The translations under genes and the position numbers were made by a program. Positions 8,930 through 16,719 of a stretch of 64,000 nucleotides of DNA are shown one piece after another. Each line of letters begins with the position of its first letter. Position 1 is the stretch's first letter. The DNA is from Bacteriovoracia bacterium (GTDB lineage Bacteria; Bdellovibrionota; UBA1018; CAIPTA01): the NCBI GenBank assembly GCA_050246755.1, contig JBFWVL010000001.1, forward strand, positions 1,184,001-1,248,000. Direction: 5' to 3'. The notes under the pieces are model-generated. The model searched no databases, was not told the origin of the DNA, and saw only the letters and a program-made list of their open reading frames with translations.

Positions 8930-10099
8930 CTAATTAACTGTCATCGTTTCCGCATTCTGCGGTAGTTCCACGATAAATTTAGCCCCTTCTCCTGGCTCAC
9001 TTTCCACATAAATTTTTCCCGAATGCCTTTTTACGATTTCACTGGACACATAAAGTCCTAGTCCGAGACCCCCATAATTCTTCAAGGGTACCGCACGCTC
9101 AAAGCGCTCAAAAATTCTTTGGTGATTTTCCTTGGCGATTCCCATCCCCTCATCCCGTACGATGAGCTTTACCGCACCATCTTCAAGCATCGTGGATACT
9201 TCAATTCTCTTTCCCGCCGCATACTTAATAGAATTATTCAGGAGATTTAAAAAAACCTGCTCCAAGCGCACGCGGTCCCAGTTGCCGCGGATATTAGGCT
9301 CCAGCTGAAGCGAAAGCCGGCAGTCAGAAGCCGCGAGCTGATGGTGCAACTGCCCCACCCCATCGCGGATAATCTCCCCGAGATCCACTTCTTCAAGACG
9401 AAGATTAAGCTGGCCTTCGTCTATCTGGGCCACATTAAGCAGTTGCTCGATAAGCCGCGCCAGCTTAGAAACCTGCACATCAGAGATTTCCAGCATATAG
9501 CGTAGCGTCTCAATTGGGGTTTCGAGCAGCTTGCCCGTATCGATCATTCGAATAAAACCCTGCATCTGTAGCTGAAGCGGGGTGATGGGGGTCTTAAATT
9601 CGTGGGAAGCGATGGATAAAAACTCGTCCCGCACCTGAACCGCCTTCTTGAGCGCCCGCTCGGCCTTACGCAAATGACAAATATCAATCTTAGCCTTGTA
9701 AAGATCCACGAAGGCCGAAACCTTGGCCCTCAGTACTTCCACGTTCAGCGGCTTAAATAAATAGTCGATCGCGCCCGCCTCATACCCTTGCAGCGCATGC
9801 TCTTCGCTCGGATAACTGGCAGTGATAAAAATAATCGGCGTACTTTTTGCCCGGTCTATTTGCCGGATCAAACGAGCCGTTTGAAAACCGTCCAGAATTG
9901 GCATCTGCACGTCGAGCAAAATCATGGCGAAATCTTCATCTCGCGCGTAGTTAATCGCCTCTCGACCGGACTTGGCATCCACCAGCACGTAGCCCGAATC
10001 CTTGAAAATCGAATGCAGGGCAATAAGGTTCGCTGCTTGATCGTCCACGCATAGAATCTTGATAGCTTCCGCCGCGGGAATATCCGCTTTCGGTTTCAA
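8930..10099 (-). CDS. Hybrid histidine kinase REC-HisKA-HATPase (cytoplasmic)
   Basis: N-terminal REC (LLDVQMP), H-box ASHEFKTP, N box, GLGLGL. Confidence 0.93.
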   Translation of the reverse strand: MKPKADIPAAEAIKILCVDDQAANLIALHSIFKDSGYVLVDAKSGREAINYARDEDFAMILLDVQMPILDGFQTARLIRQIDRAKSTPIIFITASYPSEEHALQGYEAGAIDYLFKPLNVEVLRAKVSAFVDLYKAKIDICHLRKAERALKKAVQVRDEFLSIASHEFKTPITPLQLQMQGFIRMIDTGKLLETPIETLRYMLEISDVQVSKLARLIEQLLNVAQIDEGQLNLRLEEVDLGEIIRDGVGQLHHQLAASDCRLSLQLEPNIRGNWDRVRLEQVFLNLLNNSIKYAAGKRIEVSTMLEDGAVKLIVRDEGMGIAKENHQRIFERFERAVPLKNYGGLGLGLYVSSEIVKRHSGKIYVESEPGEGAKFIVELPQNAETMTVN

Positions 10100-10449
10100 G
10101 CGCAGTGCCTCTTAACGGTATTCAGGAGAGTATTGAGCTGCACCGGCTTTTGCACGAAGGCATTAGGCCGGGGTACCTCGGAACCTTGATGGGCCGACAT
10201 TACCACCACGGGAATATTTGCGGCCTCGGCATCGGCTTTTAGGCGATCTAGAAAATCCCAACCGTTCATCTTGGGCATCGTCATGTCGAGCAATATCAAG
10301 CAAAGCGAACTGGTGCCGCGGAGAACTTCAAGGCCCTCTTTGCCGTTCGTGGCCGTGAGCACGGTATAGCCCTCGAGCTCAAGCAAACAGCGAATCATCT
10401 CGCGAATGGAATTCTCATCCTCCACGAGTAGAATTTTCTTCTTCGTCAT
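10096..10449 (-). CDS. Single-domain response regulator (REC)
   Basis: ILLVEDE, LLDMTMPKMNG, QKP. Confidence 0.92.
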   Translation of the reverse strand: MTKKKILLVEDENSIREMIRCLLELEGYTVLTATNGKEGLEVLRGTSSLCLILLDMTMPKMNGWDFLDRLKADAEAANIPVVVMSAHQGSEVPRPNAFVQKPVQLNTLLNTVKRHCA

Positions 10450-10456
10450 GTAATTA

Positions 10457-10527
10457 GCACCAGATTTATTTTATTAGTTTAGGATAAGCGGTCAAGTGGC
10501 CGCTCGGTGACTAAACTAAGCTGGTGC
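10457..10527. other. Long imperfect inverted repeat (three-stem hairpin)
   Basis: GCACCAG/CTGGTGC, TTAGTTTAG/CTAAACTAA, AGCGGTCA/TGGCCGCT. Confidence 0.75.
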
Positions 10528-10544
10528 GGCAAATTTGCTGGCTC

Positions 10545-11186
10545 CTAGCTAAGTACCAATAACCACTGCTCAGGATCATGCAGGAGATAAGAAGAAGCCA
10601 AGCGCTTCTCCACGATGTTCATTAAAAGACTTCTCGACAGGTGAGACCAATCCTCACCGGGGAAGCCATGATTTTTTAGTCCCGGCCCGACCTCCGGAAT
10701 ATTCTTCATATCATCAACTAATATGATTGCCGGCCCTCGGCATTTCCCAGCAATTTCACTTAGCTCAGCAGCCAGCGGGCACTGCTCTGGCCCGCTAGGC
10801 AAGAGCGCGCTCTTGGAACGATGAGCCGTGTCCACCCCGTATCCCTTCCAGATGGAATCTCTCCAGTCTACGGAACTGTCACCACTCCAGTGCGCATCGA
10901 GGAAAAAAAATGTTGTTTGATTCTCAGGCAATTGGGGTAGTAAATTCGCCAAAGTTTCCGCCGAATCACCACAGCGCAGCTCTACGTGCGAGAATTCCGG
11001 TCCGCTTAAGCGCGCCTTGGCGGACAAGAAAAGCTTTTCACTAAGCTCAATCGTAATAACCCGGGAAAATTCCTTCGCCAAAACGCGGGTCCCATTGCCG
11101 CGACAGGTTCCGCTTTCGATCGCCATGCTGCCGAGAACACCATCGCGTACCAGCGGCTTCAGGCGCTCGAGATTAAGGCTCCACAT
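10545..11186 (-). CDS. Class I SAM-dependent methyltransferase-like protein
   Basis: IESGTCRG (motif I-like), TIELS, CGDS, FFLDAH, ILVDD; overlaps the upstream amidase stop. Confidence 0.7.
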   Translation of the reverse strand: MWSLNLERLKPLVRDGVLGSMAIESGTCRGNGTRVLAKEFSRVITIELSEKLFLSAKARLSGPEFSHVELRCGDSAETLANLLPQLPENQTTFFFLDAHWSGDSSVDWRDSIWKGYGVDTAHRSKSALLPSGPEQCPLAAELSEIAGKCRGPAIILVDDMKNIPEVGPGLKNHGFPGEDWSHLSRSLLMNIVEKRLASSYLLHDPEQWLLVLS

Positions 11187-11835
11187 TCTTACCCATAGAG
11201 CCAGAAACATCTTCGGGCTCGCCCGCGCATTCCTTAGGCCGGTAATTTTTTTTTCGTTTCACGTATTCCCGCACGGCACTTTCCACAGCGCTGCCTGGGC
11301 AAGAGGTATTGGCAAAGTCTTTATGAACGCCAATCGAGTTCGCGCCTATTTGGTACCTATCCTGAAGGCGCTCCATAAGCGTGAATAGCTTTGCTCTCTG
11401 GGCTTCCGAAAGATCATCGGTATCGTCTCCCTCTACGACCACCGTAATATGCCCATCCGGAATATAACGCGTATTCGTATCGGGCTGAAATTGCGGATCC
11501 CGGGTTTCGGCCAAAATTCCGTCCATATCGATATAATAGTGGTAGGGAATATCTCCCCAGAGGGCGTTTTTAAACTCTGTTTTTTCTTGGGTGGAAAACC
11601 GGAATAGGGAATTGAGTTTTTTCGATATGGTCTGCTTAGGGTTTTTCTTTACGCCGGTATAATGAATAGTGACACGCCGCTTGGCCGATTCTGTGTGCAG
11701 CTTAAGACGATCAAGAATGGGCGTGGTCGCGCCCGTTCTCCAGTCTAAGCCCTTAAGATCAATCACCTCCGAAACGCAATCGGCCATCGCGGTAGCGGCG
11801 GAAAAAAGAAGAAGAACAAAAAAAATCTTCGTCAT
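11173..11835 (-). CDS. Secreted Zn-dependent N-acetylmuramoyl-L-alanine amidase (Amidase_2/PGRP-like)
   Basis: Signal peptide; TIHYT, WGDIPYHYYI, GVHKDF and TSCPG retain the His/Tyr/His/Cys set of T7-lysozyme-type amidases. Confidence 0.88.
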   Translation of the reverse strand: MTKIFFVLLLFSAATAMADCVSEVIDLKGLDWRTGATTPILDRLKLHTESAKRRVTIHYTGVKKNPKQTISKKLNSLFRFSTQEKTEFKNALWGDIPYHYYIDMDGILAETRDPQFQPDTNTRYIPDGHITVVVEGDDTDDLSEAQRAKLFTLMERLQDRYQIGANSIGVHKDFANTSCPGSAVESAVREYVKRKKNYRPKECAGEPEDVSGSMGKNVEP

Positions 11836-11944
11836 GAATTTAGGCTACCATGCGTCGGCCCCCGGCGCATTCTGCACGCGGAAAAAGGTAAACCGCTAGC
11901 TTTTATAACGAAAATCACTCCGCTTTCTCCTATACTGACTCAAG

Positions 11945-12886
11945 ATGCCCTTTCTTCTCTGCCTTCTTTTTGCCTTCGTGCTTCCGCTGGGCGCTTACGC
12001 GACCTTCGTGCCAATTCTCGAAAATTCCGAAGAAGCCTCCTTGCTGAATCCGCGATCTCCGGAGGAAATAGAAAAATTAGTGGTGGCCGCGAGCGATAAA
12101 CTGAAAGGGCGGCCTTACGTGAGCGGAAATTTAGGCGAAGGCCCAGACGGGACCTATGACCAAGATCCCCTCTACCGCCTCGACGTATTCGACTGCACCA
12201 CATTTGTAGAAACCGTCGTGACCAATGCCTACTGCAACGGCGCGCGGTCGTCCGCCGAAGAGATGTCGACCTGCCTAGAAACAGTAATGCAGAAGATCCG
12301 CTATTTCGACGATACGATCACTTTCGAATCTCGCGGGCATATCGCAGAAACCGATTGGTTGACGAGCAATATTAGAAGAGGATTTTTTCGCGACGTCACC
12401 CAACAATTTGGCGGCAGCAAAACAAAATATTCCCACGTTATTACCGATAAACGCGGCTGGTTCGAAAACCGCACGCTGGCCGATATTCAAACCAAAGACA
12501 GTGAAGCCACGAAAGAGACAAAACTCGCATCGCTCCGCCAGGCCGGAAAAAATATCTCTCCCGTTCAGGTGAGCGTTCCTTACTTGGGTTTCGATAGCCT
12601 CTTTCTCTCCAGCTCCCACGAGCCTAATCTCGAGTTGCTAAAACGCCTACCGAACGGAGCCGTATTCAACGTGGTGAGGGAAAACTGGAATCCACCCGGT
12701 TCGGGAACCGCCCTCGCCATATCTCATCAGGGTTTTATCGTGCAGAAATCCGATGGCACTTACCTACGCCATGCCTCCACCGGAAAATCCATTCTCGACG
12801 TAAAACTCGCGGACTATATGCTGCAGTTCATTCATAGCCCCACGATTCGCGGGCTCAATATTCTGCAAGTACAGCCCAAACCGTAA
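11945..12886 (+). CDS. Secreted DUF1460 / NlpC-P60-related amidase
   Basis: Signal peptide; GRPY..G.LGEG, FDCTTFVE (catalytic Cys), ISHQGF (His), RHAS. Confidence 0.88.
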   Translation: MPFLLCLLFAFVLPLGAYATFVPILENSEEASLLNPRSPEEIEKLVVAASDKLKGRPYVSGNLGEGPDGTYDQDPLYRLDVFDCTTFVETVVTNAYCNGARSSAEEMSTCLETVMQKIRYFDDTITFESRGHIAETDWLTSNIRRGFFRDVTQQFGGSKTKYSHVITDKRGWFENRTLADIQTKDSEATKETKLASLRQAGKNISPVQVSVPYLGFDSLFLSSSHEPNLELLKRLPNGAVFNVVRENWNPPGSGTALAISHQGFIVQKSDGTYLRHASTGKSILDVKLADYMLQFIHSPTIRGLNILQVQPKP

Positions 12887-12890
12887 GGCA

Positions 12891-12955
12891 CTGGAATTTT
12901 GTCCGGCAATCGAGCCTGATTTAATCTAAATTCGGCCACCGGCTATAAATTCCAG
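12891..12955. other. Long imperfect inverted repeat after the amidase stop
   Basis: CTGGAATTT/AAATTCCAG, CCGG/CCGG, GCCTGATTTA/TAAATTCGGC. Confidence 0.7.
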
Positions 12956-13014
12956 CTCCAATTCACTTCGTTGCCTTGATTGCCATTCTCCTCTTTTTTG
13001 CAAGCCATCTAGTC

Positions 13015-13275
13015 ATGAAGAAAAGTGAAATAGAAATAGACGATGAATGGGATGGAATGAACCCTGAGCAAAAAGAGACGATTCTGCTGGCGGAAATGTT
13101 TCATTCCGCGCTCTGTGAGCTGAGTGAACTCAACCGTGAAATGCCGACTGATCGGGAAATTTTTGACCACTTATTTAAAGGTAACCGCCAATATAAAGAA
13201 GTTAGACGCCTTGAAGAGCGCCTGAAGGACGTAATATTAGCCGAACGACTGCACTTACTAGGAATTTTGCAGTAA
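13015..13275 (+). CDS. Hypothetical small acidic helical protein
   Basis: ORF fills the intergenic gap and has protein-like composition; no family recognised. Confidence 0.55.
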   Translation: MKKSEIEIDDEWDGMNPEQKETILLAEMFHSALCELSELNREMPTDREIFDHLFKGNRQYKEVRRLEERLKDVILAERLHLLGILQ

Positions 13276-13297
13276 AGCCAAAAAGAGGCTCGTCATA

Positions 13298-14836
13298 TCA
13301 CTGCATTTCGACCTGATTGATCTTCAAGAGACCAAGGGCATCGATTTTGAGTCCTTTAACGGAAGGGGAAAGCAGAATATTCGTGGCATCAATAAACAGA
13401 GGAACGATCGCCACGTCTTCTTCCGTCAATAATTTCTGCGCTTTATCATATAGCTTCACTCTTTGCGCCGCGGATGCCTCTCCGGCCGCTTTTTCGACGA
13501 TCGAATCGAATACGGAGTTCTTCCACTGCGTATAATTATTCCCGCTATAAGAAGTGAACATATTCATGAAATTATCTGGATCAGGATAGTCCGCCCCCCA
13601 ACCATGACGAAACATTCCCGGCGCATCGGTACGCAAACGCCCGAGGTACACTTTCCATTCTTCGTTCTGTGCTTTGAGTTTCACACCCAAAACCGCCTGC
13701 CACTGCGCCTGCAATCGCTCCGCGATCGCTTTATTGTCGTCGCGCGTATCAAACATAAACGTCGTATCGGGAAACCCCTTACCATTGGGGTATCCCGCTT
13801 CCGCTAGCAGCGCTTTCGCTTTTTTTGGATCAAATCCCAGACCGATTTTGGCATTGAAGCCCAACATCCCCTTGGGAATCCAGCTAGACGAAGGCGTTTG
13901 CCCCCCCTTGAGCAGCGAAGTAACCTCTTCACGGTTGATCGCATGAGCAAAAGCCTTCCGCACCCGCACGTCGTTAAACGGTGGCTTCGCAATATTGAAA
14001 CCATAGTAGTAGGTTCGAAGGTAGGGAAACGTATGAAAAGTGGGTAGGCGCTTCAAACGATCTATCTCCAAAGCCGGAAGGCGCGCCAAGTAATTGAGCT
14101 GACCCGTCTCAAACATATTAATTGCCGTAGTATCTTCCTTCACTACAAAGGCCGTCACTTTTTCCAATTTAGGCTTTGGCCCACGATAATTCGGGTTAGG
14201 AACCATTTCGATTTTTGAATCATGCTTCCATTGGCTTAATTTAAAGGGCCCCGTCACCACCATATTCTGCGGCTCCGTCCATTGGCGTCCGGCTTTTTCA
14301 ATAACGTCTTTACGAATAGGAAAGGTGACGGTGAAGGCGGGAATCGTAGCAAAATAGGTGGCCCGCTTTACGAGCGTTACGACGAAGGTGGAATCGTTCA
14401 CCACCTTGAATCCAAGCTTTTTCGGATCGGTGAGCTTTCCCGCGTTGTATTCTTTTGCGCCCACCACATCGAAAAGAAAATAAGCATAACCCGAGGCACT
14501 TTTGGGATTTAAGGTTCTCTCCCAAGAATCCCAAAAATGTTGCGCCGTAAGGGGCACTCCGTCGCTCCATTTCAACCCGGGCTTCAAGGTATAGGTATAG
14601 GTTTTTCCGTCTTTGGAAATTTTCCAGGTGGCGAGGCTCGGAACGGGCTCAAGCTTTTCATTGTATTCCGCAAGGCCTTCGATGAGATGATAGAGAATTC
14701 CGATAGACACGAAGTCCGTAGCCAGATTCCAGTCCAAGGTGGGCGGTTCCGTCTCCACGCGTAGACTGAATTCTTGCTTTGCCGCCTGAACGGGCAACAC
14801 AAAAACGAAGGCGAGTGTTAAAAGTAAATATTTCAT
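13298..14836 (-). CDS. oppA: Oligopeptide ABC transporter substrate-binding protein (family 5), no permeases adjacent
   Basis: EPPTLD, KWSDGVPLTA, TGPFKL, PFNDVRVRKA, GWGADYPDP; SPI signal peptide. Confidence 0.9.
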   Translation of the reverse strand: MKYLLLTLAFVFVLPVQAAKQEFSLRVETEPPTLDWNLATDFVSIGILYHLIEGLAEYNEKLEPVPSLATWKISKDGKTYTYTLKPGLKWSDGVPLTAQHFWDSWERTLNPKSASGYAYFLFDVVGAKEYNAGKLTDPKKLGFKVVNDSTFVVTLVKRATYFATIPAFTVTFPIRKDVIEKAGRQWTEPQNMVVTGPFKLSQWKHDSKIEMVPNPNYRGPKPKLEKVTAFVVKEDTTAINMFETGQLNYLARLPALEIDRLKRLPTFHTFPYLRTYYYGFNIAKPPFNDVRVRKAFAHAINREEVTSLLKGGQTPSSSWIPKGMLGFNAKIGLGFDPKKAKALLAEAGYPNGKGFPDTTFMFDTRDDNKAIAERLQAQWQAVLGVKLKAQNEEWKVYLGRLRTDAPGMFRHGWGADYPDPDNFMNMFTSYSGNNYTQWKNSVFDSIVEKAAGEASAAQRVKLYDKAQKLLTEEDVAIVPLFIDATNILLSPSVKGLKIDALGLLKINQVEMQ

Positions 14837-14853
14837 AAGAAATCTCTCTTGAA

Positions 14854-14882
14854 TGGTGGACTCACTTAGGCGAGTTTTGAGC
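14854..14882 (+). repeat. Degenerate direct repeat A', resembles tRNA 3' end
   Basis: TGGTGGACTCACTTAGGCGAGTTTTGAGC: 22/29 ungapped identity to 18711-18739. Confidence 0.6.
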
Positions 14883-15024
14883 CGGCGTTCCCCATTAACA
14901 TAGCGCAATTTCTAGGAAAAAATTAGCTGGCGGGAAAAAATTGCACTCCGCCCTTGGTTATGGCCCGCCCGCACACCCAAAGCGGTCGTCCCCATCGGAC
15001 GGAAATACTTTTGAACATTCGAGC

Positions 15025-15071
15025 AATGATAGGCGACCGGAGGCCGATTTTTTCTCCAGATGTTTTAGAAA
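15025..15071 (+). repeat. Degenerate direct repeat B'
   Basis: About 37/48 identity by eye to 18646-18692; shared core CCGATTTTTTC(C)TCCAGA. Confidence 0.65.
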
Positions 15072-15294
15072 AATTCATCGACTACTCTTCCATAGCGAAA
15101 AATGGTGATGAAAGCCGGCTTGCGGTCAAATGCCGCCATTGTCCTTTTCCTCGACTAATCATGTAAACATTTCTCAACGCTCTCTTGTCGAAATAAATAT
15201 ATTAATAAATATATTTCATGATTAGATTAGTAAAAAATACCAGCCGTCAAACTTGCGATTGGCACAGCTATTTTTTGGCATTGGAGCGGGGGTT

Positions 15295-16719
15295 ATGAAA
15301 CCAAAGGAAAAGTTCGCTCTCGGCACAGAACAGGCCTTCCGCGTTTTTTTGGACGCCGCCCCAGACGCCATCGTAGTAGTAGACGATGGTGGCCATATAG
15401 TGATGGCTAATAAATTGGCGGAAGTGATGTTCGCTTACTCTAAGGAAGATCTGCTAGGCCAACGGGTAGAGATGCTTCTTCCAGAGAAATCGCGCACCGT
15501 TCATATTAGCCATAGGACTGGTTATTTTCGTGACCCTAAAGTTCGTCCCATGGGAGAGGGGAGGGAACTCTCGGGGCGACGAAGAGATGGAACCGAGTTT
15601 CCTATCGAAATTTCTCTAAGTCCACTCCATACGGAGCAGGGCATTCTAGCTATCAGCATTATCCGCGATATCGCCCAGAGAAAGCAGCTGGAGGCTAAAT
15701 TTCGCGGCCTCTTAGAATCCGCTCCAGATGGCATTGTGGTGGTGAATACTTCTGGTCACATTGTCATCGTCAATAGCCAAGTGGAAAAACTTTTTGGCTA
15801 TGCAAGGGATGAGCTTGTTGGTCAACCCATCGAGATCCTAGTGCCCTCACAATTTAAAGATGGGCACATTAAGCTCCGAGATGGCTACATTCGTCACCCC
15901 AAAACCCGGCCCATGGGGGCTGGACGCGCACTTACAGGCCGAAAAAAAGATGGAACAGAATTTCCGGTGGAGATTTCCCTGAGCCCCCTAGAAACGGAGC
16001 AGGGAACTCTTGTCACAAGTATCGTCCGCGACATTACCGATCGAAGGCACGCAGAGGAACAGCTACAAGCCTCCTTACGAGAAAAGGAGGCCCTTCTTAA
16101 AGAAATCCACCATCGGGTAAAAAATAATCTCCAAGTAACTTCGAGCCTCCTTCGGCTTCAGTCCGATTACATCCAAGATCCAGGTGCACGCGAGATGTTC
16201 GCGGAAAGCCAAAACCGCATTCGCTCGATGGCTTTGGTGCATGAAAAGCTATATAGATCGAGCGATTTATCGCGGATTAATTTCTCCGAATACGTCGACA
16301 GCCTTGCCGGACTTCTCTTTCGTTCGTTTGGGGTAAATCCAAGCCAAATTCAATTCCAACTTACGCAAAGCTCTATTTTTCTCAGCGTAGAAACAGCCGT
16401 CCCTTGCGGTCTGATTATCAACGAGCTTCTTTCCAATTGCTTCAAGCACGCTTTTAAGAAAGGGCAACAAGGCGAGATCCGCGTAGAAACCAGCCTGGAG
16501 GGCGAGCACAAAGTGAAGTTTACGGTATCTGATAATGGGGTTGGATTGCCCAGTGGTTTTGATTTCGAAAAAATGGACACCCTCGGGCTACAGCTCGTGC
16601 GCACCCTGGTGAAGCAGCTCGATGGAGCCATCGAAATTCACGGTGACAAAGGTGCGGCCTTTACGGTGATTTTTTCTAAGGAAAGAGAACATGACGATGC
16701 AAGAAAGCAATCTAATTAA
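15295..16719 (+). CDS. PAS-PAS-HisKA_2 sensor histidine kinase
   Basis: Two closely related PAS repeats (APD.IVVV...RPMG.GR...DGTEFP.EISLSP); H-box EIHHRVKNNLQ; NELLSN; DNGVG. Confidence 0.93.
   Translation: MKPKEKFALGTEQAFRVFLDAAPDAIVVVDDGGHIVMANKLAEVMFAYSKEDLLGQRVEMLLPEKSRTVHISHRTGYFRDPKVRPMGEGRELSGRRRDGTEFPIEISLSPLHTEQGILAISIIRDIAQRKQLEAKFRGLLESAPDGIVVVNTSGHIVIVNSQVEKLFGYARDELVGQPIEILVPSQFKDGHIKLRDGYIRHPKTRPMGAGRALTGRKKDGTEFPVEISLSPLETEQGTLVTSIVRDITDRRHAEEQLQASLREKEALLKEIHHRVKNNLQVTSSLLRLQSDYIQDPGAREMFAESQNRIRSMALVHEKLYRSSDLSRINFSEYVDSLAGLLFRSFGVNPSQIQFQLTQSSIFLSVETAVPCGLIINELLSNCFKHAFKKGQQGEIRVETSLEGEHKVKFTVSDNGVGLPSGFDFEKMDTLGLQLVRTLVKQLDGAIEIHGDKGAAFTVIFSKEREHDDARKQSN

Noticed and set aside
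10457-12955. Integron attC interpretation of the two long hairpins
   Set aside because: No RYYYAAC/GTTRRRY boxes, the genes are divergent, and no intI is present.
14954-15166. 70-aa ORF upstream of the PAS kinase
   Set aside because: TTG start, no RBS, and it overlaps repeat B'; more likely mobile-element debris than a gene.
15259-15276. TGGCAC as a sigma54 -24 element
   Set aside because: No GC at the -12 position.
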